Made by a program: the position numbers and the translations under genes
The notes under the pieces: model-generated
Told to the model about the DNA's origin: nothing
The model's database searches: none
What the model saw: only the letters and a program-made list of their open reading frames with translations
Shown here: positions 40,089 through 53,010 of the stretch, piece by piece
Layout of the letters: each line of letters begins with the position of its first letter
Position numbering within the stretch: the first letter of the stretch is position 1
Source of the DNA: Lama glama
Taxonomy: Eukaryota
Direction of reading: 5' to 3'
Length of the DNA: 64,000 bases
Assembly (NCBI GenBank): GCA_028534125.1
Contig: CM052816.1
Span: 78,742,001 to 78,806,000, forward strand

Positions 40089-40453
40089 AGATCTATAGGG
40101 TCTTTAGTGAAGAAAAAAATCCAGAGTATTTAGTGGAGTTTCTTTCCTTTCTGCTCCTCTCTTTTCTTCCTATTGCCATGAGTCCCAGGGCTGATGATCA
40201 GTGTTAGACTCCAGGAGGGGAATGGGAGGCAATGAAGTATGGTTGACCTGTCCCAGGCTTGGATTTAAGAGGTTAAAGCTGCATTTCTGGCTAAGTTAAA
40301 CTTCTACTATGATCTTCTGAGCATCACTTTATCTCCCCGAGCTTCAGTTTTTTCACAGGATAAACGTGGATGAAAATATTTCATCTGCTTGCTGTGTAGG
40401 GTTATCAAATGAAAAAACAGATCCGAAAGGGCTTTCAAAAATAAATGCCTCCA

Positions 40454-40570
40454 GGGGGAGGATATATCTCAGTGGTAGAGTACAGGCCTGGCATGCACAA
40501 GCTCCTGGGTTCAATCCTCGGTACCTCCATTATAAATAAATAAACAAACAAACAAACAAACAAATAAATA
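40454..40570 (+). mobile_element. Camelid-type tRNA-derived SINE
   Basis: ggggaggatatatctcagtggtagag...gggttcaatcc + (AAAT/AAAC)n tail; TSD aaataaatg(c/a)ctcca. Confidence 0.9.
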
Positions 40571-41084
40571 AATAAATGACTCCATAAATGTACAATTTAT
40601 TGTTACTACAGTTGTCCACATCATAAAGTTCATTTTCTACTTTGCTCATCTGACCCCTCTTAAACTTCTCTGCAAAGTATTTCAAAGCAGACTTTTTTCT
40701 TTTTCCTTTCTTTTTAAGCAAGATTGGATGGAGATAACTTTGCTTCCTAAGTTAAAGTGGAAATTTCCTGAAGATAGATTTTAAAGTTTCTGCGCTACCT
40801 ATTCATCATTTGCTCCCCATAGTTGGGCGGTCTGTAAACACTGCTGACTTGTAAGATAATTAGGGTCCTGGCTAGAACGGTCAGCTTATCGACGGGTTGG
40901 GACTGCATCTATTGCGATGCGAGTATCTGGGTAAGAGAAAAGGCGCACAGGGACTGCGTCCTGGGGCTCTGAATCCTTAGGGTTCAGGTTGAGGAAGAAG
41001 ATCTCGGAAAGGAGATGGAGAAGAAAGTGGCGTCTCAGAAGCTTACCTATCTGCCTGCCCTCCTCCTCATAAGGGCCCATATGA

Positions 41085-41320
41085 GAACCCGGTGTGCCCC
41101 GTCCTGGGAACGTGCGGTCGCGGTAGTGGCGACGGCGGTGGCGGTGGCGGTGGCTCCGTCCGTGCGCTTGCGTGTCTGTGCGCGCGCACGCACGTTCCCG
41201 CGGGGGAGTCGACGTCAGAAGTGAGTGTTCCACCGAAAGTGAGCCGCGTAGTCCTAGTGCTTCAGAAGGCCCCGTGTGGACCGCCCAAGCCTCAAACTGA
41301 GTGACGCCAAAGCGAGGTAC
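41085..41320. promoter_or_regulatory. Small orphan CpG island / promoter-like element
   Basis: Dense CpGs in a CpG-poor region; (GGCGGT)n, palindrome GTGCGCGCGCAC (41178-41189), CRE-like CGACGTCA (41210-41217), GC box CCGCCC (41281-41286), half-CRE TGACG (41302-41306). Confidence 0.7.
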
Positions 41321-42099
41321 ACTTCAAATTGTCCCTTTCTCAGCCATTCCCCAAACTCCAGGTCATTGTGGGAAAACGAGGCAGAGCTGACCCAGAGAAG
41401 GAAATGGACAAGGGATTCTCGAGTTCACCTCTGACCTTGCTGGCCTTCATAGAATCCGTTGTGCAATCGTGTGAAATGCTGAGCACAGGGGCTGGATGAT
41501 TTCATTAAGCTAAGAGGCCTGACGTGGATTCTCACTTTCTAATGGAAAGTACAGCTCAGAGCAGGGGCTTTAGGGGACTTCCCTCCTGAGGGAAATTCTT
41601 TGGGAGATGCCTAGGAGAGGTGTTTAGGTAGTTGGTACTATGAGGCCAGCAGCTCCTGCCTCCCTTTTCCGGGTTTTAGTTGGGACAGTTCTTACTGGTG
41701 GAGGCAGGACCTGAGCTAGAGCTTGCGGAGGAGGGTTGGAGGAGGTTGGAACCTCATGCAGGCAACAGGACGGCTCAGCCACTCTCATTTTCCCACGAGC
41801 TTTTCCTGAGGTATCCTTTTTTCCTCTTTTACGGTACTGGTGATGAAGCTGCCATTTTCCTGGGAGCAATACTTTTAGAAGAGCTTTTACTGAGTCTTTA
41901 AAAAAATAAACAAAACAAGTAAGAGAAATTGTTATGCATCATAAAACACTTGAAAAATACTGAGCATCCTTAGAAAACAAAAGTTATGCGTACTTCCCCT
42001 AGCTACCTTCGATGGTATTTCCTTTTAATAAAAAGATTAGGTAGTTGGAATAATATAATCCATAAAGTTGTGCATATGATTTTTAAAACCTAACCTTAT

Positions 42100-42235
42100 T
42101 ATTATTATTTTTGATGAGTGGGAGATAATTAGGTTTATTTATTTATTTACATTTGGAGGAGGTACTAGGGATTGAACCCAGGACCTCAGGCGTGCTAAGC
42201 ATGCACTCTACCACTTGAGCTATAACTTCCCCCAC
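42100..42235 (-). mobile_element. Camelid-type tRNA-derived SINE
   Basis: Full head and tail; TSD aacctaaccttat (42087-42099, 42237-42249). Confidence 0.92.
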
Positions 42236-42294
42236 GAACCTAACCTTATAATGAGAACATTTTTCTGAAATTTCTGTCTCTGCTTTTACTTGTC

Positions 42295-42470
42295 CTGTTA
42301 GCTTGGGTGAGTTACTTAATCTCTGTAAACCTCAATATCCTTATCTGTAAAATGGAGATGATAATAGTACCTCCTTCACCAGATTGCTGCCAAGACTAAA
42401 TAAGATAATATATAAAAAGCTCTTACCTAGTGCCTGGCATATGGTAAGCATTTATTAACTGTTAGCTAAA
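42295..42470 (+). mobile_element. MIR SINE
   Basis: gagttacttaatctctgtaaacctcaatatccttatctgtaaaatggag core. Confidence 0.75.
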
Positions 42471-45084
42471 GTTACTATTTTCCATGTTATGCATGAATTC
42501 ATTATATTATCAAAGCATGATTTGTCAATGAGTGCATATTATGTCATTGTATAACTATCATGATTTATTTAACTATTCCCCTATTTTGGACACTTATATG
42601 ACATTTTCATATGTAAAAATTTTTATAATGGTAAATAATTTGTGATGAAAGATACTTGAATATAAAACTTTGTCCACCTTTGACGTGAAAGAAAATTCCT
42701 GGAAGGGGAAGGAATCTATGAGGAAAAGGAAGAGTTTTCCTTACCTATCTCAGCACCGACTCTTCATATCTCCTGTGACCACCTCTGGTGCAAGGCGTCT
42801 GAGAAACGGGCTGGCTTCTCAGGGAGCCTGGTTGCTGGTGAAAGGAGGACACTTTGGGAGATTCCTGTCTTCCTGACTTTTTGTTTCACATTCTCAAATG
42901 GTTGGGACCCACTGAATTAGGAAGACCTGAGGTCTAGTTCTAGCTGGATGGCTGAGTGTGTGAGTTTGTGCAAGTTGCTTAGTTTTCCTGGACTTCCCCT
43001 TAGGTAAAACGAAGAGTTGGGCTTCACTTCTAAAGCATCTTTAAATGCTGGCTATCTATAGACCTAGGACTCTGACAACCTCATTTCCACCTCATATCCA
43101 ATTTCAACCTACCCCACATCTTATTTCAAGCAGAGACTCTACTCTGTACAATCTTCTATTCATTCATTCATTCATTCAAGGAGCATTTGTCCTACCATTG
43201 TACCTACCATTCATGTATGACAGAGGTGAAGTGCATGGTCTCCTGTCCTTGAGAATTCCCAGTCTAATGGGCAAATAAGACAATGAAAAAATTATGCTGA
43301 TACCATATGATAAGCACCATAACAGAGGCTATTACTAAGTCCCACAGAAGAACAGACGAAGGAGATACCTGTTAAGTTTTTAATGGTGCTGGGTGGTGGG
43401 TCAGATTAGGAACAGATCACCTAGGAAAAAAGGTTAGCTCTCCCCAACCATCTGGTCCTGAGCATTCATGAAATCCGTCTCCCTATGGGACAGACCTCGG
43501 TCTGTCTTAACAATAGCTCCGTAAAGCAAATATTGTTGAGAACCTCCAAGATAGGAGAGGGGGAGCTGACTATAAAGATGAACAAGACATTGGTTTTACC
43601 CTCCCAGACACCAGTGGAGAAGGAAAGCCATGAAAGTAACTGAGGCTGTGAGAGGTGGGAGCAATTTCCACAACGTGCTCTGGGAGAGCTGGGGAGGGAG
43701 CGATTTTATTACTGAGAGACTGGGGAAAGCATTCTTTCCGGCTTAGTGGAAAGAATGCTGGGTTTGGAGCTGGAGAGGGCAGGTTCCCTTCCTGGGTCTG
43801 GGATGAGTTGCCTGACAGCTGTGAGCGTCAGTAAACAGCCCCAGGGACACTCTACGGACACGTAGAGCTGGAGTGTGGTCCTGTCTCCCTTCCTCCAGTT
43901 ACTAATCTTTTTGAGTCTCAGTTTATACATCCTAAAGGTGTGAGCAGTGCTCCTCCCTGAAGAAGTGTAGACAAGAAAAGAGTATGGAGGTGTTTGGCAC
44001 ATGCTCGAGCATTACTGCAGTTCTGGAAGAAGGACATGAGCTGGGATCTTAAAGAGTGGACTTCTCCAGTGGGCTTTTAAAGGGAGGTTCTGGCATTCAC
44101 AAGGCGGGGATGGCTCTTTGGCAGACGGGCATGTGCAGCATCAGTTGCTGGAACAGGGCCTGACACTGCGGTGGTGGTGGTGGCAAAAGCACTTGGAGGA
44201 AAGGGAAATGGAACAGAGGGGATGGGGAACAGGCCAGCTGACCACATCGCAGTCCGATGGCCCAAGCACCAGCAGGGAAGAGGCACTTGGGCAGGGTGGA
44301 ACTGGGGATGGGCTGACTGCTCAGGAAGGACGGGCTTCCTAGCCCCAAGGAGATGGACAAGGAGTGGCCATCCCTGCTCCACTTCTGGCCCTCCTTGCTA
44401 TATTCTAAAAGGGATAAGGGAAAAGCTGTGATGAAAGTCCTGTAAAAAAAAAAATGTAGGACAAGGGAAAGATAAACCAAGCAGGGTTGCCCGGACACTA
44501 GTGGATGGACAGCTGGGTTGAGTGGCCTGTGCAGGTGGGAGAAGTGCCTGGAGCACTGAGCTTTGTTCCGCGTTCGAACATGATGCACGAGGTCTGGGGG
44601 AACCAGCCCCTCCTCCCTGCCTCCCTCAAGTCCACGCAGACAGACAGGGAGAGAGAGGATGCATTTGCATATAGGGTGCTTTGAAAACAACGCAGAAGAC
44701 AGAGAAAGTGGGCTCCGAGAAGAAAAATGTAGGATAATATCCTAGGATACCTTTGTGAAGCTCCAGGACAGGAGAGGGACTCTGCTGCGCAGTGGACATT
44801 ACCGCCTGGTGTATGGAAGGCTTGTTGTGTGTGTGGAGCTGAAATAGGCTGTCTTTTTGAGTGGAATAACCAAAAATTGCAGCCTTTGCAGCCTTTTGGG
44901 ATGTGTTAGCTAGGAATGTGTTTCTTGCGCACGCTCTCCAAGGCAGCAGATTTCTGTCCCAGTGTGCTCCCTCCAGGGGAGAGTGGTACCTGATTTGATC
45001 CCTGGGGAAGCAGCAGAGACACAGAATAACTGCATGTTAAAAAACGTGACCTCTGGCGCCGCGCTCTTTGGTTTTATAACCTGG

Positions 45085-45265
45085 CTCTGCCATTGGGACA
45101 AGAAAACCTTCCAGGGACTCACTTTCCTTGTTTGTAAAATGGGATAATAGTTGTATCAGCTGTAGGATTTTTAGAGGATCAGATCAGTTTTTATATATGT
45201 GAAGCTCTGAGAAAACTGCCTGGCACATGGTAAGGACTCTGCAGTGTTGGCTATGGTTATTATCA
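45085..45265 (+). mobile_element. MIR SINE
   Basis: ctcactttccttgtttgtaaaatggggataat...tgcctggcacatggtaag. Confidence 0.7.
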
Positions 45266-45572
45266 CATATCTTAGAAGATATCCTGTAAATTTTAACCTG
45301 CTGTCAGAAAGAACATCACGTCAAATACTTCCTGAACCCCAATGTGTCCATAGTGCTATGCTCTATGCTTGTTTTTGGTGCTGGATTGACGATAAGTTTT
45401 CTGCCCAGGAAACATTTTGGAGGTAAACGCATGGATTTAGACACGCACAAAGAGCTGAAAAATAAAATGGGAACATAATGCATCAAAAAAGTAAGATCTG
45501 AGCATAAGAAGCCAACCAAAATTTGTGTTGACTGTCTTAACAAAATAATAGTGAAATTTCTTACTGGTAGAG

Positions 45573-45998
45573 TTTTTTTTTAAGTGAAGTATATAGTCAG
45601 TTTACAATGTTGTGTCAGTTTCTGGTATACAGCACAGTGCTTCAGTCATATAGGAACATACATACATCTGTTTTCATATTCTCTTTCACCATAAGTTACT
45701 ACAAGATATTGAACATAGTTCCCTGTGCTATACAGTATAAACTTCTTGTTTATCTATTTTATATATACCAATTAGTATCTGCAAATCTCAAACTCCCAGT
45801 TTATCTCTTCCCACCCCCTCCTCCCCTATAACCGTAAGTTTGTTTTCTATGTGTGTGAGTCTGTTTCTGTTTTGTAAATATGTTCGTTTGTCCTTTTTTG
45901 TTTTAGATTCCACCTTTAAGTGATATCATATGGTATTTTTCTTTCTCTTTCTGGCTTACTTCATTTTGAATGACATTCTCCGGGTCCATTCACATTGT
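45573..45998 (-). mobile_element. L1 3'UTR fragment
   Basis: Colinear with 46875-47300. Confidence 0.88.
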
Positions 45999-46874
45999 TC
46001 TCAGCACAGAACACTAGTGGAGTAGCCCTCAACCTTGTGCTTTTAGTTTCTGCCCTAGTCACGTGTAAGACGCATGTGCAGCGAGTAGACTTTTTACTTT
46101 AACATCTGGTTAAATCTGAAAGAGGACTAATGATAACTCGTATCTCTTTCCCCGACTGTTTCCAGATGCAATGTAATGAACCCCTCCTTTTCAAGAGCAG
46201 CATGCAGAGCACTAGCTGTTAAAAGAAAGTGCATTCACACTTGAGCTAACTCCTTTTTTTCTTTGATGGGTGGCTGCCTCTACTGGCCAGTTGGTCTACC
46301 AGCCAGTGGTGCCCAGGTATGTGCCATGGCCAGGGCGGTTCACAAAACCATGAAATTGTCTATCAGTGGGAAACATGGGAAATTACAGGCTAGGTGTATG
46401 CAAAATATGCTGGAGATAAAATGCTGAGCGGTCCTGACACAGAGAGATACACAGAAAATAGTGTGAACTCTCTAGCCATAATGGTGTTATCATTTGTTAC
46501 TTGGTAACTCTATTTAAAAATTTTGCAATATGTACTTTCACCAGAAAAAAGGTAAAAGACAAAAGTAACAACAACAACGCAGAACTGAACCAAAAACCTG
46601 GACGAGCATATTTAATGAAAAATAAGGTCCTGAATGTTCATCTATCAAGATAGTTGATGACTAGTATAAAACTTGCCTAAAATGGTGGGTGACATCAGGG
46701 GTTTTAGTGATATCACTAAACATATAAAAAGCAAAGACACACATTTGCTGAAGAAGCAAAGCGCCTACTTCAAAGTTAGAAGTTATTTTAATAGGATTGT
46801 GCCCAAAGCAAACAGTTTAACATGTGCAGCTGTGGAAAGGTGTGTTTACACATCACTCTTTGAAGTGTGACTTT

Positions 46875-48126
46875 CTTTTTTTTTTTTTTAACTGAAATAT
46901 AGTAGGTTTACAACATTATATTAATTTCTGGCATATAGCATAGTGAGTCCCTCTCTATATATAGTTATGTATATATGCCTTATATATATATTCCTTTTCA
47001 TTATAGGCTATTACAAGGTATTGAATATAGTTCCTTGTGCTGTACAGTAGGACCTTGTTGTTTATTTATTTTATATATACAATAGTTAGTATCTGCAAAT
47101 CCCATACTCCAAGTTGATCCCTCTTTTCTCCCCTGGTAACCATAAGTTTATTTTCTATGTCTGTGAGTCTGTTTCTATTTTGTAAAGAAGTTCATTTGTG
47201 CCATTTTTTAGATTCCACATATAAGTGATATCATATGGTATTTTTCTTTCTCTTTCTGGCTTCTTCACTTAGTATGACAATCTCCAGGTCCATCCACGTT
47301 GCTGCAAATGGCATTATTTCATTCTTTTTCATGGCTGAGTAGTGGTCCATTGTGTGTATATACCACATCTTCTTTATCCATTCATCTGTCACTGGACATT
47401 TAGATTGCTTCCATGTCTTGGCTATTGTAAATGGTGCTGCTGTGAACACTGGGGTGCATGTATCTTTTCGAATTAGTTTTCTCTGGAAATATGCCCAGGA
47501 GTGGGATTGCTGGGTCATGTGGTAAGTCTAGTTTTAGTTTTTTAAGAAATCTCCATACTGTTTTCCATAGTGGCTGCACCAATTTATATTCCCACCAACA
47601 GTGTAGGAGGGTTCCCTTTGCTTCACACTCTCTCCAGCATTTATTGTTTGAGGACTTTTGAATGATGGCCATTCTGACCGGTGTAAGATGATACCTTATT
47701 GTAGTTTTGATTTGCATTTCTCTGGTAATTAGAGCTAATGAGCATTTTTGCATGTGCCTATTGGCCATTTGTATGTCTTCATTGGAGAAATGTTTGATTA
47801 AGTCTTCTGCTCATTTTTGGATTGGGTTGTTTGTTTTTTGTTATTGAGCTGTATGAGCTGTTTGTATATTCTAGAAATTAAGTCCTTGTCAGTTGCATCA
47901 TTTGCAAATATTTTCTTCCATTCTGTAGGTTGTCTTTTCATTTTGTTTATAGTTTCCTTTGCTGTGCAAAAGCTTGTAAGTTTAATTAGGTCTCATTTGT
48001 TTATTTTTGCTTATATTTCTATTGCTTTGGTAGACTGCCCTAGGAGAACATTGCTAAGATTTATGTTAGAGAGTGTTTTGCCTATGGTTTCTTCTGGGAG
48101 GTTTGTAGTGTCTTGTCTTATGCTTA
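46875..48126 (-). mobile_element. 5'-truncated LINE-1 (ORF2 C-terminus + 3'UTR), frameshifted
   Basis: ORFs 47400-47768 and 47231-47518 give L1 ORF2 motifs ([52 protein letters not shown]); poly-T at left; TSD GTGACTTT (46867-46874, 48127-48134). Confidence 0.95.
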
Positions 48127-49370
48127 GTGACTTTTCATTTAGATCAAATATCTGTTCTTCTAAATTAATTTCAATCATTTTCAATTTCAAGATTTTTTGT
48201 GCATGTACAAAGCAATGTTAAAGTGTTGGCTCCATTAGCAATAGAAGAATTTTACAAACAGTTAAATAATTCCAGTTGTATGCCAGGGTCATTGCATACT
48301 TCAAACAGGAAATCAGTTAATTCCAGTTAATTATTCTATTCTTTTTCCATCTGACAATTTGTGAAATCAAAGTAAAGCTTCCAGAGGTTCATCTGTTGAA
48401 GGTGAAACATCTAACATCACAGTGAACACTGTGACAAATTCAGTTAAAAATGTGACATTGATGATGAGATTATTTGTTGCTATGGTGATATTATGAATAT
48501 AAATTTTAGAAGAGCATCACACCATGGTAAAAACTGTGTTCTAATCCTGCTATCTATGGAGCAAGAATGTACTTGAAATTGATTTTGGTGCACACATCAC
48601 TCACAGTTGCATCCAAACAAATTTTAATATTTTACTAGTTGAAGTAGAAGCTGATAGTGTTTACATTTTACAAATATTTTTAAATGTATGCAGAGTAACT
48701 GAATTAAAAGTATTTTGTGTGTATGTGTGAAGCTGAAGCTCAAAAAACAAAGAAAAACTGCAGCATAGCAGTATGTGCTTTCTTTGTGTCATACATCATC
48801 AATTGAATCTTAAAAATGTCAGAGCTTTTTGAAGAATTGCTTGGAAAATCAACTTAAATGTCAACCATGGGGATGAAATCCTCTAAATTTTGATTGCATT
48901 TTGTTAAAATCACTTGGAAATGTTTAATCAAATTATTCAATAAAGGGAACAACTAATCCTTTAGCTTTTAAAGTTTATAGAAAACTGCAATTATGAAAAA
49001 CAAAGATTGCAAAGAGGGAGATGTTGATATTTATCCGTACAAGAGCAAGGGAAGAAGCGAACAAATTAGGTAACAAGTGCTCAAACAGTAGAATAGCTCA
49101 ACATGTGGAAAAATCTTTTGAAAATATTTTATTTTCAATTTGAGTTTTTATCCTATTCTGCAGTGAATTGAAATTGAGAAGACTTGTGATTTTTGTAATC
49201 TAAATATGATTAAATCTTTAAAAGAATTATAAAAAGGACACCTTTTAAAAGGAGTTTTATCTTGTAAGAAATATTTGTTGAAGAAAGTAGTCTGGGATTA
49301 AAAAAAAAAGTACCTGTAAAATATTTGGGTTGAAATATTTACAGATCTCAATTTAAAAATAAAAATTTGA

Positions 49371-49405
49371 CTAATTACCTCTCCCCCCTCAAAAAAAAAA
49401 AAAAC
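49371..49405 (+). mobile_element. Tail-only SINE fragment
   Basis: ctaattacctctcccccctc + poly-A matches the SINE 3' end; 17-bp TSD taaaaataaaaatttga. Confidence 0.8.
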
Positions 49406-49739
49406 TAAAAATAAAAATTTGAGAATAGGCTGTTTAGCAGACTTTGCTCAGAGTTGCCTGTGGAGTGATCAGCACCTGTATGGAGTGTAGTTTGTCAAAT
49501 AAAAATATTCAAATAATATAAAATATAATTCCATATTTTAAAAATTCTTCACAAAAACACCAGTGACATGGTGTCATAGACAAGTAAAGCTAAGAAGTTG
49601 ATTAAATACATAAATGTGTACCAAGGATAATTATTTCACTTTTATTATTTTTTATGTTTAGATAATTATTACAAGTCCTTTAGCATTTTTCCCTTTCTCC
49701 TTCTCTGTCTCGTATCAATGTGTTTATGTATACAAAGTC

Positions 49740-50586
49740 TTTTTTTCTGAATCATTTCAGTGTAAATTCAAAACATCATGCCCCTTTTCTACTAAATCAT
49801 TTCCCATACATTTTCTGAAAATAAGGATATTGCGTTCAGGAAACTTAACATTACTATAGCACTATTATTAACCCATAGTTCATATTCAGATTTCATCTCT
49901 TGGTCCAAAATGCCACCATAGCAATTTTTTTCTTGGTCCAGCATCCGGTGCAGTTATCACATGAAACAGTTATTGTCAGGTCTCTTTGGCATCCTTTAAG
50001 CTAAAAGAGTTCTTCAGTTTTTCTGCCTTACTTAACCTTGATATTTCTTAAGAGAACAAGTCAGCTGTTTTGTAGAACGCCTCTCAATCTGGGTGTGATT
50101 AATTTCAGGCCATGCATTTTTGGCAGAGATAAAGTGATATGTCCTTCTCCACCTTGTCAATTTGCCCCAATATTAGTGATGCTGACATAGAATAGTTGGA
50201 CGTGGTGGTGTCCACCAGATCTCTCCCTTAAAGGCGGAGATATATTTTTTGAGAATTACTTGGAGATTGTGTAAATAAAAATTTTACCCACTATACTTAA
50301 CATTAGTTGATTTTATCAATTGTCCTAGATGTGATCAATGTGAACTTCAAGCTGGCTCCTTGTTCTTTTGATGCCATCTCCTATTCTTTAAGTATTTCTT
50401 TAATTTTCCACACAAGGTATTATAGGATCATCTTGTGCTCTTATTGCTCTAAGCCTGGAATCAGCTTTTTCTCCAAGCGGCCCTGGCTTTTGGTAAAGAA
50501 TGGTGTTTATAAACCAAGATCTGAGAACTAGGTGTGCTTATTGTTATGTGTGTCATTGCTTATAAGCCCTCTCAGTGGTAGCTCCA

Positions 50587-50617
<31 letters not shown>

Positions 50618-52130
50618 AATTTTCTCTCTCTCTGTATGTATGTGTATGGAACCATGAATTTATGCTGATACTTCCAATTCAATCCAGTATCATATATCTA
50701 CAGTATATAAATACTCATTTGCCTATGCTTAGAATACACAAAAATAGCTTCAAAATTGCTCAACCTTACCACTGTGAAAAGCAAACTTACTAATAGCATT
50801 TAATACATGTTAACAGTTTTACTAGGTAAAAATGACATATAGTGAAGTACAGAATCTTAAGTGTCCAATGTGATGGGGTTTTTCAAATAGATACACCTGT
50901 GTATCACACCCTTCTTAAGATAAAGAGTGTTTTTATTACACCAGTGATTTCCTTCTTGCCCTTCAAAATCTTGAAGTCCCTCCTACAGCACACATACTCA
51001 AAGGTTGTTTTTTTGTTTCTGATTTTTTAAAACCACCTTAATTTAGTTTTGCTTATTTTAGAACTTCATATGCAGGTCCTGAAGATATTCTTCTAGATCC
51101 TTCTAAAAATTTTCTAGTTTTAGCATTAATTGCTACATCTGTAAAATTAATTTTTGTGAATGGTGAGATAGGAATTGAGAGTCATTTCTCCCCCATATGT
51201 ATAGTTGTTTCAGTACCCTACATTGAAAAGATTTTCCTTTTGTTCTCATTTCATTGCCTTGGTACCCATGTTGAATATTAATGCAAATATATTTATGCTC
51301 TATTCTAAGAACTTAACATTTATGAGATCTCTGATTAGAGACAGTTTCAGGTTTTTTTTTTCTTCTACTTTTTGCCTTTTATTTCATTTACTTGTCTTAT
51401 TGCAGTGGCTAGATGATTACATAGTTTTTTGATAGAACCTGTCTATGTAAGATTGATATTATTGCCTCTGTTGTTTCTGATGAGTAGTCTACCATCATCC
51501 ACATCATTGTTCTCTTTTTAGTAATATGTCTCTTTGCTCTTAGTGTTCTCAAGATTTTATTTTTATCTTTGGTTTTCAGCTGTTTGATTATGATGTACCT
51601 CAGTGTGTTTTTCTTTGTGTTTATCCTGTTGGGGGTTTGCTGAGCTTTTTAGATCTGTATGCTGTTTTTCATAAAATTTGGTACTGTTTGGCCATTATTT
51701 CTTCAAGTAGTTTTTCTTCTTTTTTCTTTTTCTTCTTTTGGGATCTAATTTTAAGTATGTTAGTCTTGTTGACATTGTCTTATATGTCTCTAAAGTTTTG
51801 TTCATCTTTTTTCAATCTTTTTTTCCCTCTTTTTCTGTTGGATACTTCCTACTGACCCATTATTCAATTCACTTACCCTTTTTTCCAACTCCATACTCTG
51901 ATTCCCCAAACCAATAAAACTGGGACTTTCTGCCTAAGTTCTAGTTGACTTCTGCCTGTGTGGACACAGGCAAAAAAAGCTATATAAACACAAATTTTAT
52001 CCAATTTAGTTCTCGTTCAGTCCAGTTTCTACTGCTTTTGATTGATCTCCAGAGCCTTCGAATGGTTGTTTTAAAATATTTTTTCCAGCATTATCTGCAG
52101 AAACTACAAGCTACTTTGCCAATATCAGAT
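49740..52130 (-). mobile_element. Nested old L1M fragments
   Basis: T-rich decayed L1 motifs (aaaccaagatctgagaactaggtgtgct; ttatcctgttgggggtttgctgagctt). Confidence 0.6.
50587..50611. repeat. (CA)n microsatellite
   Basis: Directly visible. Confidence 0.95.
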
Positions 52131-52559
52131 ATGGAAACAGTAATACAAATATTATTGCCTAACTTACCTAATAAAGGAAAAATATGTCATATGTGAAAAT
52201 ATATAATACAAAATAATTGATAAAATAGAAAGTTGTAAAAATAAATACATTTAAAAATTTGAATAAATATTTGGGTTACAGTTGACAGACTTAGCTTAAG
52301 ATATCTCATGTGTTAACCTGAGCATATTGGTGCATCACTAGAATGTAGCTCACACTACATGCAGTTCACCTCCTGAGTCAACAGCTGCTATTTAATGAGC
52401 TGAGTCTACAGTTGTGTACTTGAGTGTAGTGGCAGCATCATACTGTGCTGTCAAGGTCTCTAAATGCATACTCTCCACTTCTGTATTTATCTCATAGCAG
52501 TTCAGCCACAAACATATCGCAGACTGGCTGTGAAGAGCACTGATACATACATGACATTC

Positions 52560-53010
52560 TCCCCCAGCTCTCTGGATGGAATCTCTCCGTCCCCACCTCC
52601 AGTTTTATTCTTCACCCTTCTTACTCTGCGCTGGCCTCAGGAGGCTAATATGTATATCTTGCCTTCTGGTTTCCTGTTGCATTTGGCCAATGGAGACAAC
52701 CAGAAGGAAATGGAAGGGCAGGAGAAGAGTGAGGTTGGCATGTTTATTCCTGTAGCTATTTCTTAATGGGTCACTGAGGATTGGTTGTGTCTGTGTCCCT
52801 CTACTAAAGGGCACAGATCCTACCAGGTAGCTCTCTCATTACTGCTACCTCTTTTAGGTTCTGGTATCTACTCTGTCCCGTTGTCCTGCAGACCTTTGTT
52901 ATTAGCATGATATTGCATTTCCTGCCCACACAACTTTAAATCATCCCTTTATGACTATCCTTAAATGACATGTGTGCCACCTCTTTGCTGTCAGGGCTGT
53001 GACTAAGACA
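52560..53010. mobile_element. MLT-type LTR fragment
   Basis: gccttctggtttcctgttgcatttggccaatgg...tgtgccacctctttgctgtcagggctgtgactaagaca. Confidence 0.6.

Larger units (their letters stand above)
46300..49660 (+). mobile_element. Decayed hAT DNA transposon (Blackjack-like) with transposase remnants, split by an L1; probable further pieces at ~52140-52560 and ~53010-53215
   Basis: Removing L1 46875-48126 rejoins HSLKCDFSFRSNICSSKL; then ICCYGDIMNINF (48472-48507, hAT GDNxNxNF-like) and DFGAHITHSCIQT (~48581-48619, CxxH-region-like). Confidence 0.7.

Noticed and set aside
40886..41304. Three overlapping ORFs across the CpG island
   Set aside because: Expected stop-codon scarcity in GC-rich, low-complexity DNA; no protein similarity recognised.
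44077..44690. Longest ORF in the track (197 aa, minus) and overlapping ORFs on both strands, including LRWWWWQKHLEERE
   Set aside because: Non-ATG starts, low-complexity GC/purine-rich sequence, left part resembles decayed L2, and no recognisable domain. A minus-strand acceptor exists at 44406-44405, but that is not enough to call an exon.
47231..48221. ORFs of 95-134 aa
   Set aside because: Frameshifted L1 ORF2 remnants and their antisense frames, not host genes.
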